The notes under the pieces are model-generated. The model worked only from the letters and a program-made list of their open reading frames with translations. It did not search any database and had not been told where the DNA came from. A stretch of DNA of 64,000 nt from the NCBI RefSeq assembly GCF_003018255.1, contig NZ_CP027440.1. One strand, given 5' to 3'. Source of the DNA: Escherichia coli. GTDB lineage: Bacteria; Pseudomonadota; Gammaproteobacteria; Enterobacterales; Enterobacteriaceae. Position numbers and translations under genes: made by a program. Every line of letters begins with the position of its first letter. The first letter of the stretch is position 1. Positions 39,711-57,787 of the stretch are shown piece by piece.

Positions 39711-39736
39711 AAAAAAGGTGCCGTAGCACCTTTTTA
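39711..39736 (-). terminator. Rho-independent terminator after cyoE (end of the cyoABCDE operon)
   Basis: aaaaaggtgc-cgta-gcaccttttt: self-complementary hairpin flanked by A/T runs, so the bottom-strand RNA has the stem followed by UUUUU. Confidence 0.65.
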
Positions 39737-39750
39737 ACTGAGAGGTTGTG

Positions 39751-40641
39751 TTACCACACAGCAGCCAGCAGCGTATGCGAGTCCGGCACCATAAAATCAA
39801 CGGACATCATCACCGAGAGGGCAGTGATGGCGATGATAGAGAAGCCGAACAGCTTGCGCGCCCAGATTCTGTCATCAGCAACTTTATAACCGCGCAGAGC
39901 CATGCCTAACCACCAGACGCTCACCGCCGCGGCGACTACCAGATATTTATACCCAGCGTAACCGCCAAGAGAGAGCATCAGCGTGGCAACGGCAAAGGCG
40001 ATGATATACAGCGTGATGTGATTCTTCGCCACCGAAATGCCTTTTACCACTGGCAATACCGGAATGTTTGCCGCCTGGTAATCCTTAAAGCGGAAAATGG
40101 CGATGGCATAGGAGTGAGGCATCTGCCACAGACTGAAGATAGCAAGCAGGATCGCTGCGCCACTATCGAACTCGCCGGTTACTGCACAGTAGCCGATCAC
40201 CGGCGGCGCAGCGCCGGAGAGCGAACCAATCAATGTGCCGTAGACTGAGTGGCGTTTCATGTACAGGCTATAAACGCCGACATAAACCACAAAGCCCATC
40301 ACCCCCAGCCAGCAGGCCAGCGGATTCGCGCCAAACCACAGCAGCATAAAGCCAGCAATACCCAGCAAGGTGGCGTACACCAGCGAGACAGCAGGTGAGA
40401 TCAGGCCTTTAACCAGCACCCGATTCTTCGTCCTTTCCATCTTTCTGTCGATATCCCTGTCGATGTAGTTGTTAAACACACAACCCGACGCCACAACCAG
40501 TGACACCCCAACCAGCGTGTAGATAAACAGGGGATAATCAATGCTGCCCTTTGAGGCCAACAGGAATCCCCCAATCACCGAGATCAGGTTGCCAAAGATG
40601 ATGCCTGGTTTCGTTACTTGCAGGTATTGCTTAAACATCAT
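39751..40641 (-). CDS. cyoE: Heme O synthase (protoheme IX farnesyltransferase) CyoE, 296 aa
   Basis: Trimmed to [32 protein letters not shown]...: UbiA-family prenyltransferase. Confidence 0.95.
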
Positions 40642-40652
40642 AACCGCCGCTC

Positions 40653-43589
<2,937 letters not shown>

Positions 43590-43598
43590 TCAACCCCT

Positions 43599-44546
<948 letters not shown>

Positions 44547-44785
44547 TTAACGACCTCAATTCCACGGGATCTGGTGGCGTTTAAAGTGTGTGGGCATTTT
44601 ACGGGAAGGTTACATTACTGTAAACATGATTAAATTCCTGTTACTTGGATTTGGCTTACAGGTCACATATGTTGCAAAACATATCAGGTTGATTTTAAGA
44701 AGCTGTTGCAAAAGGGCGTTATAACAAAAGGGGAGTGCAGAAGGAGTCTGGGCGGGCAATTGGTATAACCAATGCGAAATAAAAC

Positions 44786-44804
44786 AATTATTTAACAAAT
44801 AATT
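44786..44804. promoter_or_regulatory. AT-rich palindrome in the cyoA upstream region (candidate regulator binding site)
   Basis: aattattt-aac-aaataatt: 8-bp inverted arms around a 3-bp spacer, about 240 bp upstream of cyoA; the adjacent AATAATTATCATTA resembles a Fur-box-like AT hexamer array. Confidence 0.3.
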
Positions 44805-45005
44805 ATCATTAAGGTGACAACTGGGTAGTGGGAAAATAAAGACTCATTAGCTGAATCGTGTAAGAAAAATAGAATTCATAAATGGCGTCAATAATTTCCA
44901 GACGCTAAGCCGCACAAAAGAACAAATATTAATAAGCGATGCTGATGTTTATTTAGCCGTAATAATTACGGCGAGTGATTACTACGGCTAAATAATATTT
45001 ACAGA

Positions 45006-46481
45006 TTACGTCAGATGCGTTTTTCGTAGCGCCAGATAATCCAGTAAACCACCAAGCACGACGCCAGAAAGGGCGACTAAAACCCCGACTTCCAGCAGAG
45101 CAGGCAGGAAAGAGAAGTGCGTCAAATCCAGCGCGTCCATCGTCAACAGCAGTAACCACACGGCCAACAGGCTGACGCCCGCCGCCAGTGTCCACATGGC
45201 AAAGGCATAACCTGCCGGATATTCGGTACGGGAGATAAAGTTATCATTTACTCGTGTATATTCAAGCGTCTGGCGACAAACCAGCAGCAAGATAAGCCCT
45301 GGTACGGCAGCGGCGACGGAGAATAGATAGAATGTCGACCAGCCGTGTGCTTCAACAAACCAACCCGCCACGGGGCCGACATAAACTCGCCCTACAGCAG
45401 AAAGCGCTGAGAGCAGGGCAAATTGAGTAGCGGAAAATGACTTATTACACAGCGTCATTAACAGCGCGACAAAGGCTGATGTACCCATCCCGCCACAGAG
45501 GTTTTCGAAAAAGACGGCTGCGCCCATGCTGTAGAGATGCTTATCAGTAATCGACAGCAGCCAGTAACCGGCGTTAGATGCACCTTGTAAAATGCCGAAA
45601 ATCAGCAGTGCACGGAACAGCGACAGGCGCTGCATCAAAATCCCACCGTACAATGCGCCAACAATGGTCGCCAGTAAGCCAAGCGTTTTGTTAACCACGC
45701 CTACTTCACCCGCATCAAACCCGACGCCGCGAATCAAAAACGTGGTTGTCAGGCTCATAGCGAATGCGTCGCCCAGCTTATACAGCACGATAAGAAGCAA
45801 AATAAGCCAGGCATTATTGCGACCAAAGAAATCTCGCAGAGGTGCAACAACCGCTTGTTCCAGCGTTTTGGGCACAGGAATGGTGTCGGTGGGTTCTGGT
45901 GCAAGCAACGTCGCGATAATACAGGGGATCAACAGCGCCGCCATCAACCAGTACATGCCCTGCCAGCCCAGCCATTTATCTGCCAGCCACAGGGCTAAGC
46001 CGCCGGAAACCAGCATCCCTAAACGGTAACCCAGCACGCTGATTGCCGCGCCCGCACCACGTTCTTCTGCCGGGAGCACATCGGTTTTCCACGCATCGAA
46101 GACAATATCCTGGGAGGCAGAGCAAAAAGCGATCACCACCGCCAGTGCCGCCATCCAGCGGAGCTGGGTGCCTGGTTCGAGAAAACCCATCGCCGCAATG
46201 GCGACTAATAACAGAATTTGCGTGGCGAGCAGCCAACCGCGCCGCCGCCCGAAAAATGGGGGCGTGTAGCGGTCCATCAGTGGTGACCAGAGGAATTTAA
46301 AAACGTAAGCCTGGCCTACCAGAGAGAAGAAACCAATGGTTTTGAGATCGATATTCTCGACCGTCATCCAGGCCTGTAAGGTGCCGGACGTCAGGGCGAG
46401 CGGTAGCCCGGAAGCAAAACCCAGGATCAGCAATATGGCTGAACGCGGCTGTTGAAAAATACGTAAATATTGACTGGACAT
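45006..46481 (-). CDS. ampG: Muropeptide (anhydromuropeptide) permease AmpG (491 aa)
   Basis: MSSQYLRIFQQPRSAILLILGFASGLPLALTSGTLQAWMTVENIDLKTIGFF... Confidence 0.96.
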   Translation of the reverse strand: MSSQYLRIFQQPRSAILLILGFASGLPLALTSGTLQAWMTVENIDLKTIGFFSLVGQAYVFKFLWSPLMDRYTPPFFGRRRGWLLATQILLLVAIAAMGFLEPGTQLRWMAALAVVIAFCSASQDIVFDAWKTDVLPAEERGAGAAISVLGYRLGMLVSGGLALWLADKWLGWQGMYWLMAALLIPCIIATLLAPEPTDTIPVPKTLEQAVVAPLRDFFGRNNAWLILLLIVLYKLGDAFAMSLTTTFLIRGVGFDAGEVGVVNKTLGLLATIVGALYGGILMQRLSLFRALLIFGILQGASNAGYWLLSITDKHLYSMGAAVFFENLCGGMGTSAFVALLMTLCNKSFSATQFALLSALSAVGRVYVGPVAGWFVEAHGWSTFYLFSVAAAVPGLILLLVCRQTLEYTRVNDNFISRTEYPAGYAFAMWTLAAGVSLLAVWLLLLTMDALDLTHFSFLPALLEVGVLVALSGVVLGGLLDYLALRKTHLT

Positions 46482-46524
46482 GGGCGTCTACAGGCCCGGC
46501 TTGCACCGGGCCAGAGGGCAGAAA

Positions 46525-47103
46525 TTAACGCGCGTTCTGCTTGATGAATTCGTGGATGCTGGTGTCCTGAGACATATCAGCGATGGTATCGGTCAGCACA
46601 CTGTTAACCGCATCGGCGATATTTTTGTTGGAGGCCTGGAACGCACCTTCAACGTTGTAGCTGGCACGATAGTTTTTGGTCATTTTGTTGCCATTCTGCG
46701 CGGTAGCGATGATGGCGATATCCGCTTTGGTCGCGATGTTGTAGCGCACGTTGCCCTGGGACACGTCAGCATACAGTTGGCTAACGATGATTTGCAGATT
46801 AACCGGGCCATTCGGACCAACCATGTATCCACGGGCGGTCATTTGTTTTTCCAGCACTTCTTGCAGCAGGAAACGCAGATCGCGGGAGGCGGTCAGGGTA
46901 ACGATTTGATTATCGCGGGTGACTTTTGCCAGCGCCTGATCGGTACGCTGATCGGCACCATTAATGCTTACGGTGACGCCCATCAGGCTTGGATCCTGCT
47001 GTGGCAGTGTAATCGTCGGGGAAACTTCAATAGTTGTTGGCGGTTTTGCGCATCCTGCAAGCATAAACAGAGCAACTAACGGGAAGAGGATTTTTTTGAA
47101 CAT
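46525..47103 (-). CDS. yajG: Lipoprotein YajG (192 aa)
   Basis: Trimmed to MFKKILFPLVALFMLAGCAKPPTTIEVSPTI... (lipobox LAGC); upstream of ampG in the same orientation. Confidence 0.92.
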   Translation of the reverse strand: MFKKILFPLVALFMLAGCAKPPTTIEVSPTITLPQQDPSLMGVTVSINGADQRTDQALAKVTRDNQIVTLTASRDLRFLLQEVLEKQMTARGYMVGPNGPVNLQIIVSQLYADVSQGNVRYNIATKADIAIIATAQNGNKMTKNYRASYNVEGAFQASNKNIADAVNSVLTDTIADMSQDTSIHEFIKQNAR

Positions 47104-47352
47104 GTTCGGGCTCTCAGAGACTCTTAAGCGTGTTTGGTAAAAATTCCCGCCATCATAACATTGCCAACGGCGAGGGGAAGTGGGTAAGGCATGTAAATTC
47201 ATCATGTTGACGAAATAATCGCCCCTGGTAAAAGAAACGCTGATGCGAGGCCTGTGTTTCAATCTTTAAATCAGTAAACTTCATACGCTTGACAGAAAAA
47301 CCAGGACGAAACCTAAATATTTGTTGTTAAGCTGCAATGGAAACGGTAAAAG

Positions 47353-47360
47353 CGGCTAGT
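47353..47360 (+). promoter_or_regulatory. Candidate gearbox-type -10 element of the bolA promoter
   Basis: CGGCTAGT about 50 bp upstream of the bolA ATG, 7/8 match to the gearbox -10 CGGCAAGT known for bolA P1. Confidence 0.3.
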
Positions 47361-47407
47361 ATTTAAAGGGATGGATGACATCTCAGCGTTGTCGGAGGAG
47401 ATATTTC

Positions 47408-47725
47408 ATGATGATACGTGAGCGGATAGAAGAAAAATTAAGGGCGGCGTTCCAACCCGTATTCCTCGAAGTAGTGGATGAAAGCTATCGTCACAATGTC
47501 CCAGCCGGCTCTGAAAGCCATTTTAAAGTTGTGCTGGTCAGCGATCGTTTTACGGGTGAACGTTTTCTGAATCGTCATCGAATGATTTACAGTACTTTAG
47601 CGGAGGAACTCTCTACTACCGTTCATGCGCTGGCTCTGCATACTTACACTATTAAGGAGTGGGAAGGGTTGCAGGACACCGTCTTTGCCTCTCCTCCCTG
47701 TCGTGGAGCAGGAAGCATCGCGTAA
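47408..47725 (+). CDS. bolA: Stress/morphogene regulator BolA (105 aa)
   Basis: Internal ATG at 47408: [48 protein letters not shown]... Confidence 0.95.
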
Positions 47726-47779
47726 AAACGCATTTGCAACTGTCGGCGCTTTTCCAGTATGTTGCTAAAGATTTTATGA

Positions 47780-47808
47780 AAAACGGCCTGCGGGCCGTTT
47801 TGTTTTGT
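47780..47808 (+). terminator. Rho-independent terminator after bolA
   Basis: aacggcc-tgc-gggccgtt hairpin followed by TTGTTTTG. Confidence 0.65.
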
Positions 47809-47917
47809 CTGGATTTTGCGCTTTTTGCCCAGCATTCAGACGAAAATTGCCCGGGAATTGTGAAAAAATACGCGACAGCGCGCAATAACCGTTCTCGACT
47901 CATAAAAGTGATGCCGC

Positions 47918-47923
47918 TATAAT
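47918..47923 (+). promoter_or_regulatory. Candidate -10 hexamer of a tig promoter
   Basis: Perfect TATAAT (gccgcTATAATgccg) about 145 bp upstream of the tig start; no strong -35 seen. Confidence 0.3.
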
Positions 47924-48059
47924 GCCGCGTCCTATTTGAATGCTTTCGGGATGATTCTGGTAACAGGGAATGTGATTGATTATAAGAACATCCCGGTTCC
48001 GCGAAGCCAACAACCTGTGCTTGCGGGGTAAGAGTTGACCGAGCACTGTGATTTTTTGA

Positions 48060-49367
<1,308 letters not shown>

Positions 49368-49401
49368 TTTACGCAGCATAACGCGCTAAATTCGCACAAA
49401 G

Positions 49402-49434
49402 GCCCGTCACCGCCAGGTGGTGGGCTTTTTTTTG
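49402..49434 (+). terminator. Rho-independent terminator after tig
   Basis: gcccgtcacc-gcca-ggtggtgggc (10-bp stem with two G-U pairs) followed by TTTTTTTTT. Confidence 0.7.
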
Positions 49435-49504
49435 TCATGAATTTTGCATGGAACCGTGCGAAAAGCCTCTTTCGGTGTTAGCGTAACAACAAAAGATTGT
49501 TATG

Positions 49505-49534
49505 CTTGAAATATGGTGATGCCGTACCCATAAC
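49505..49534 (+). promoter_or_regulatory. sigma32-type heat-shock promoter of clpP
   Basis: -35 CTTGAAA (49505-49511), 15-bp spacer, -10 CCCATAAC (49527-49534); close to the sigma32 consensus CTTGAAA-N13-15-CCCCATNT. Confidence 0.55.
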
Positions 49535-49612
49535 ACAGGGACTAGCTGATAATCCGTCCATAAGGTTACAATCGGTACAGCAGGTTTTTTCAATTTTATC
49601 CAGGAGACGGAA

Positions 49613-50236
49613 ATGTCATACAGCGGCGAACGAGATAACTTTGCACCCCATATGGCGCTGGTGCCGATGGTCATTGAACAGACCTCACGTGGTGAGCGCT
49701 CTTTTGATATCTATTCTCGTCTACTTAAGGAACGCGTCATTTTTCTGACTGGCCAGGTTGAAGACCACATGGCTAACCTGATTGTGGCGCAGATGCTGTT
49801 CCTGGAAGCAGAAAACCCAGAAAAAGATATCTATCTGTACATTAACTCCCCAGGCGGGGTGATCACTGCCGGGATGTCTATCTATGACACCATGCAGTTT
49901 ATCAAGCCTGATGTCAGCACCATCTGTATGGGCCAGGCGGCTTCGATGGGCGCTTTCTTGCTGACTGCAGGGGCAAAAGGTAAACGTTTCTGCCTGCCGA
50001 ATTCGCGCGTGATGATTCACCAGCCGTTGGGCGGCTACCAGGGCCAGGCGACCGATATCGAAATTCATGCCCGTGAAATTCTGAAAGTTAAAGGGCGCAT
50101 GAATGAACTTATGGCGCTTCATACGGGTCAATCATTAGAACAGATTGAACGTGATACCGAGCGCGATCGCTTCCTTTCCGCCCCTGAAGCGGTGGAATAC
50201 GGTCTGGTCGATTCGATTCTGACCCATCGTAATTGA
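49613..50236 (+). CDS. clpP: ATP-dependent Clp protease proteolytic subunit ClpP (207 aa)
   Basis: [47 protein letters not shown]...; active-site GQAASMGA (Ser) and His/Asp downstream. Confidence 0.97.
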   Translation: MSYSGERDNFAPHMALVPMVIEQTSRGERSFDIYSRLLKERVIFLTGQVEDHMANLIVAQMLFLEAENPEKDIYLYINSPGGVITAGMSIYDTMQFIKPDVSTICMGQAASMGAFLLTAGAKGKRFCLPNSRVMIHQPLGGYQGQATDIEIHAREILKVKGRMNELMALHTGQSLEQIERDTERDRFLSAPEAVEYGLVDSILTHRN

Positions 50237-50361
50237 TGCCAGAGGCGCAACTGTGCCGCTATACTTATCCAGGGCGGCACAACGCTGTAAGCGGCTTGCG
50301 CCTGAGAATGGCATTTGCGTCGTCGTGTGCGGCACAAAGAACAAAGAAGAGGTTTTGACCC

Positions 50362-51636
50362 ATGACAGATAAACGCAAAGATGGCTCAGGCAAATTGCTG
50401 TATTGCTCTTTTTGCGGCAAAAGCCAGCATGAAGTGCGCAAGCTGATTGCCGGTCCATCCGTGTATATCTGCGACGAATGTGTTGATTTATGTAACGACA
50501 TCATTCGCGAAGAGATTAAAGAAGTTGCACCGCATCGTGAACGCAGTGCGCTACCGACGCCGCATGAAATTCGCAACCACCTGGACGATTACGTTATCGG
50601 CCAGGAACAGGCGAAAAAAGTGCTGGCGGTCGCGGTATACAACCACTACAAACGTCTGCGCAACGGCGATACCAGCAATGGTGTCGAGTTGGGCAAAAGT
50701 AACATTCTGCTGATCGGTCCGACCGGTTCCGGTAAAACGCTGCTGGCTGAAACGCTGGCGCGCCTGCTGGACGTCCCGTTCACCATGGCCGACGCAACCA
50801 CGCTGACCGAAGCCGGTTATGTGGGCGAAGACGTTGAAAACATCATTCAGAAGCTGTTGCAGAAGTGCGATTACGACGTACAGAAAGCGCAGCGCGGGAT
50901 TGTCTACATCGATGAAATCGACAAGATTTCTCGTAAGTCAGACAACCCGTCCATTACCCGAGACGTTTCCGGTGAAGGCGTACAGCAGGCACTGTTGAAA
51001 CTGATCGAAGGTACGGTAGCTGCTGTTCCACCGCAAGGTGGGCGTAAACATCCGCAGCAGGAATTCTTGCAGGTTGATACCTCTAAGATCCTGTTTATTT
51101 GTGGCGGTGCGTTTGCCGGTCTGGATAAAGTGATTTCCCATCGTGTAGAAACCGGCTCCGGCATTGGTTTTGGCGCGACGGTAAAAGCGAAGTCCGACAA
51201 AGCAAGCGAAGGCGAGCTGCTGGCGCAGGTTGAACCGGAAGATCTGATCAAGTTTGGTCTTATCCCTGAGTTTATTGGTCGTCTGCCGGTTGTCGCAACG
51301 TTGAATGAACTGAGCGAAGAAGCTCTGATTCAGATCCTCAAAGAGCCGAAAAACGCCCTGACCAAGCAGTATCAGGCGCTGTTTAATCTGGAAGGCGTGG
51401 ATCTGGAATTCCGTGACGAGGCGCTGGATGCTATCGCTAAGAAAGCGATGGCGCGTAAAACCGGTGCCCGTGGCCTGCGTTCCATCGTAGAAGCCGCACT
51501 GCTCGATACCATGTACGATCTGCCGTCCATGGAAGACGTCGAAAAAGTGGTTATCGACGAATCGGTAATTGATGGTCAAAGCAAGCCGTTGCTGATTTAT
51601 GGCAAGCCGGAAGCGCAACAGGCATCTGGTGAATAA
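50362..51636 (+). CDS. clpX: Clp protease ATP-binding unfoldase ClpX (424 aa)
   Basis: N-terminal zinc finger [27 protein letters not shown]; Walker A GPTGSGKT; Walker B YIDEIDK. Confidence 0.97.
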
Positions 51637-51663
51637 TTAACCATTCCCATACAATTAGTTAAC

Positions 51664-51720
51664 CAAAAAGGGGGGATTTTATCTCCCCTTTAATTTTTCC
51701 TCTATTCTCGGCGTTGAATG
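51664..51720 (-). ncRNA. sraA: Candidate small RNA SraA (psrA3) in the clpX-lon intergenic region
   Basis: From memory, a small RNA is annotated between clpX and lon on the opposite strand in K-12; what the sequence shows is a bidirectional terminator at the expected 3' end. Coordinates are approximate. Confidence 0.35.
51666..51698. terminator. Bidirectional hairpin terminator in the clpX-lon spacer
   Basis: aaaagggggga-tttt-atctcccctttt: G-rich stem flanked by A-run upstream and T-run downstream, so it can terminate transcripts from either strand. Confidence 0.7.
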
Positions 51721-51740
51721 TGGGGGAAACATCCCCATAT
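51714..51740 (+). promoter_or_regulatory. sigma32 heat-shock promoter of lon
   Basis: -35 TTGAAT (51714-51719), 13-bp spacer, -10 CCCCATAT (51733-51740): near-perfect match to the sigma32 consensus, about 85 bp upstream of the lon ATG. Confidence 0.75.
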
Positions 51741-51823
51741 ACTGACGTACATGTTAATAGATGGCGTGAAGCACAGTCGTGTCATCTGATTACCTGGCGG
51801 AAATTAAACTAAGAGAGAGCTCT

Positions 51824-54178
51824 ATGAATCCTGAGCGTTCTGAACGCATTGAAATCCCCGTATTGCCGCTGCGCGATGTGGTGGTTTATCCGCACATGGT
51901 CATCCCCTTATTTGTCGGGCGGGAAAAATCTATCCGTTGTCTGGAAGCGGCGATGGACCATGATAAAAAAATTATGCTGGTCGCGCAGAAAGAAGCTTCA
52001 ACGGATGAGCCGGGTGTAAACGATCTTTTCACCGTCGGGACCGTGGCCTCTATATTGCAGATGCTGAAACTGCCTGACGGCACCGTCAAAGTGCTGGTCG
52101 AGGGGTTACAGCGCGCGCGTATTTCTGCGCTCTCTGACAATGGCGAACACTTTTCTGCGAAGGCGGAGTATCTGGAGTCGCCGACCATTGATGAGCGGGA
52201 ACAGGAAGTGCTGGTGCGTACTGCAATCAGCCAGTTCGAAGGCTACATCAAGCTGAACAAAAAAATCCCACCAGAAGTGCTGACGTCGCTGAATAGCATC
52301 GACGACCCGGCGCGTCTGGCGGATACCATTGCTGCACATATGCCGCTGAAACTGGCTGACAAACAGTCCGTTCTGGAGATGTCCGACGTTAACGAACGTC
52401 TGGAATATCTGATGGCAATGATGGAATCGGAAATCGATCTGCTGCAGGTTGAGAAACGCATTCGCAACCGCGTTAAAAAGCAGATGGAGAAATCCCAGCG
52501 TGAGTACTATCTGAACGAGCAAATGAAAGCTATTCAGAAAGAACTCGGTGAAATGGACGACGCGCCGGACGAAAACGAAGCCCTGAAGCGCAAAATTGAC
52601 GCGGCGAAAATGCCGAAAGAGGCAAAAGAGAAAGCGGAAGCAGAGTTGCAGAAGCTGAAAATGATGTCTCCGATGTCGGCAGAAGCGACCGTAGTGCGTG
52701 GTTATATCGACTGGATGGTACAGGTGCCGTGGAATGCGCGCAGCAAGGTCAAAAAAGACCTGCGTCAGGCGCAGGAAATCCTTGATACCGACCATTATGG
52801 TCTGGAGCGCGTGAAAGATCGCATCCTTGAGTATCTTGCGGTTCAAAGCCGTGTCAACAAAATCAAGGGACCGATCCTCTGCCTGGTAGGGCCGCCGGGG
52901 GTAGGTAAAACCTCTCTTGGTCAGTCCATTGCCAAAGCCACCGGGCGTAAATATGTCCGTATGGCGCTGGGCGGCGTGCGTGATGAAGCGGAAATCCGTG
53001 GTCACCGCCGTACTTACATCGGTTCTATGCCGGGTAAACTGATCCAGAAAATGGCGAAAGTGGGCGTGAAAAACCCGCTGTTCCTGCTCGATGAGATCGA
53101 CAAAATGTCTTCTGACATGCGTGGCGATCCGGCCTCCGCACTGCTTGAAGTGCTGGATCCAGAGCAGAACGTAGCGTTCAGCGACCACTACCTGGAAGTG
53201 GATTACGACCTTAGCGACGTGATGTTTGTCGCGACGTCGAACTCCATGAACATTCCGGCACCGCTGCTGGATCGTATGGAAGTGATTCGCCTCTCCGGTT
53301 ATACCGAAGATGAAAAACTGAACATCGCCAAACGTCACCTGCTGCCGAAGCAGATTGAACGTAATGCACTGAAAAAAGGTGAGCTGACCGTCGACGATAG
53401 CGCCATTATCGGCATTATTCGTTACTACACCCGTGAGGCGGGCGTGCGTGGTCTGGAGCGTGAAATCTCCAAACTGTGTCGCAAAGCGGTTAAGCAGTTA
53501 CTGCTCGATAAGTCATTAAAACATATCGAAATTAACGGCGATAACCTGCATGACTATCTCGGTGTTCAGCGCTTCGACTATGGTCGCGCGGATAACGAAA
53601 ACCGTGTCGGTCAGGTAACTGGTCTGGCGTGGACGGAAGTGGGCGGTGACTTGCTGACCATTGAAACCGCGTGCGTTCCGGGTAAAGGCAAACTGACCTA
53701 TACCGGATCGCTTGGCGAAGTGATGCAGGAGTCCATTCAGGCGGCGTTAACGGTGGTTCGTGCGCGTGCGGAAAAACTGGGGATCAACCCTGATTTTTAT
53801 GAAAAACGCGACATCCACGTCCACGTACCGGAAGGTGCGACGCCGAAAGATGGTCCGAGTGCCGGTATTGCTATGTGCACCGCGCTGGTTTCTTGCCTGA
53901 CCGGTAACCCGGTTCGTGCTGATGTGGCAATGACCGGTGAGATCACTCTGCGTGGTCAGGTACTGCCTATCGGTGGTTTGAAAGAAAAACTACTGGCAGC
54001 GCATCGCGGCGGGATCAAAACAGTGTTAATTCCGTTCGAAAATAAACGCGATCTGGAAGAGATTCCTGACAACGTAATTGCCGATCTGGATATTCATCCT
54101 GTGAAACGCATTGAGGAAGTTCTGACTCTGGCGCTGCAAAATGAACCGTCTGGCATGCAGGTTGTGACTGCAAAATAG
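51824..54178 (+). CDS. lon: ATP-dependent protease Lon (784 aa)
   Basis: Internal ATG at 51824: [44 protein letters not shown]...; Walker [10 protein letters not shown]; protease Ser in PKDGPSAG. Confidence 0.97.
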   Translation: MNPERSERIEIPVLPLRDVVVYPHMVIPLFVGREKSIRCLEAAMDHDKKIMLVAQKEASTDEPGVNDLFTVGTVASILQMLKLPDGTVKVLVEGLQRARISALSDNGEHFSAKAEYLESPTIDEREQEVLVRTAISQFEGYIKLNKKIPPEVLTSLNSIDDPARLADTIAAHMPLKLADKQSVLEMSDVNERLEYLMAMMESEIDLLQVEKRIRNRVKKQMEKSQREYYLNEQMKAIQKELGEMDDAPDENEALKRKIDAAKMPKEAKEKAEAELQKLKMMSPMSAEATVVRGYIDWMVQVPWNARSKVKKDLRQAQEILDTDHYGLERVKDRILEYLAVQSRVNKIKGPILCLVGPPGVGKTSLGQSIAKATGRKYVRMALGGVRDEAEIRGHRRTYIGSMPGKLIQKMAKVGVKNPLFLLDEIDKMSSDMRGDPASALLEVLDPEQNVAFSDHYLEVDYDLSDVMFVATSNSMNIPAPLLDRMEVIRLSGYTEDEKLNIAKRHLLPKQIERNALKKGELTVDDSAIIGIIRYYTREAGVRGLEREISKLCRKAVKQLLLDKSLKHIEINGDNLHDYLGVQRFDYGRADNENRVGQVTGLAWTEVGGDLLTIETACVPGKGKLTYTGSLGEVMQESIQAALTVVRARAEKLGINPDFYEKRDIHVHVPEGATPKDGPSAGIAMCTALVSCLTGNPVRADVAMTGEITLRGQVLPIGGLKEKLLAAHRGGIKTVLIPFENKRDLEEIPDNVIADLDIHPVKRIEEVLTLALQNEPSGMQVVTAK

Positions 54179-54210
54179 TGACCTCGCGCAAAATGCACTA
54201 ATAAAAACAG

Positions 54211-54248
54211 GGCTGGCAGGCTAATTCGGACTTGCCAGCCTTTTTTTG
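54211..54248 (+). terminator. Rho-independent terminator after lon
   Basis: ggctggcagg-ctaattcgga-cttgccagcc hairpin followed by TTTTTTTG. Confidence 0.75.
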
Positions 54249-54386
54249 TCTCGCTAAGTTAGATGGCGGATTGGGCTTGCCCTTATTAAGGGGTGTTGTA
54301 AGGGGATGGCTGGCCTGATATAACTGCTGCGCGTTCGTACCTTGAAGGATTCAAGTGCGATATAAATTATAAAGAGGAAGAGAAGA

Positions 54387-54659
54387 GTGAATAAATCTCA
54401 ATTGATCGACAAGATTGCTGCAGGGGCTGATATCTCTAAAGCTGCGGCTGGCCGTGCGTTAGATGCTATTATTGCTTCCGTAACTGAATCTCTGAAAGAA
54501 GGGGATGATGTAGCACTGGTAGGTTTTGGTACTTTTGCCGTTAAAGAGCGTGCTGCCCGTACTGGCCGCAATCCGCAGACCGGTAAAGAGATCACCATCG
54601 CTGCTGCTAAAGTACCGAGCTTCCGTGCAGGTAAAGCACTGAAAGACGCGGTAAACTAA
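54387..54659 (+). CDS. hupB: DNA-binding protein HU-beta HupB (90 aa)
   Basis: GTG start preceded by AGAGGAAGAGAAG; (M)[49 protein letters not shown]... Confidence 0.96.
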
Positions 54660-54693
54660 GCGTTGTCCCCAGTGGGGATGTGACGAAGTTCAA

Positions 54694-54722
54694 GGGCGCA
54701 TCTACTGATGTGCCTTTTTTAT
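54694..54722 (+). terminator. Rho-independent terminator after hupB
   Basis: ggcgcatc-tact-gatgtgcc hairpin followed by TTTTTTA. Confidence 0.6.
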
Positions 54723-54850
54723 TTGTATTCGGTGACTTTCTGCGTCTTGTGGGCTGACAATTGCCCCCGTTTCTTGTCACAATATGCCTTTGCGCGCATC
54801 GATACGTTGCGTGAGGTACACAGTCATCTACAGCGGAGTGTTGTTACACC

Positions 54851-57296
<2,446 letters not shown>

Positions 57297-57337
57297 TGAC
57301 CTCTGTACTTATAACAACAACGTAAGGTTCTCGCGCT

Positions 57338-57736
57338 ATGCAAACACAAATCAAAGTTCGTGGATATCATCTCGATGTTTACCAGCACGTTAATAACGCC
57401 CGCTATCTGGAGTTTCTCGAAGAAGCCCGCTGGGATGGGTTGGAAAATAGCGACAGTTTTCAGTGGATGACGGCCCATAACATCGCTTTCGTGGTGGTGA
57501 ATATCAATATTAACTATCGTCGCCCGGCGGTATTAAGCGACTTGTTAACCATTACGAGCCAGTTACAGCAATTAAACGGTAAAAGCGGCATCTTAAGCCA
57601 GGTCATTACACTGGAGCCGGAAGGGCAGGTGGTAGCGGATGCGCTTATTACGTTTGTTTGTATTGATCTTAAAACGCAGAAAGCATTAGCTCTGGAAGGG
57701 GAATTGCGCGAAAAGCTCGAGCAGATGGTTAAGTAA
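57338..57736 (+). CDS. fadM: Long-chain acyl-CoA thioesterase III FadM (YbaW), 132 aa
   Basis: MQTQIKVRGYHLDVYQHVNNARYLEFLEEARWDGLENSD...: hot-dog fold thioesterase. Confidence 0.94.
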   Translation: MQTQIKVRGYHLDVYQHVNNARYLEFLEEARWDGLENSDSFQWMTAHNIAFVVVNININYRRPAVLSDLLTITSQLQQLNGKSGILSQVITLEPEGQVVADALITFVCIDLKTQKALALEGELREKLEQMVK

Positions 57737-57748
57737 ACGTTTTGTGGT

Positions 57749-57773
57749 GCCGGATGCTCAAGCCGCATCCGGC
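57749..57773. repeat. REP palindrome between convergent fadM and queC
   Basis: gccggatgctcaagccgcatccggc: canonical REP (GCCGGATG...CATCCGGC). Confidence 0.7.
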
Positions 57774-57787
57774 GACACCCGGAATAA

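Noticed and set aside
52106-53338. 410-codon minus-strand ORF inside lon
   Set aside because: Shadow ORF antisense to lon; translation (H/F/R-rich) has no recognisable domain.
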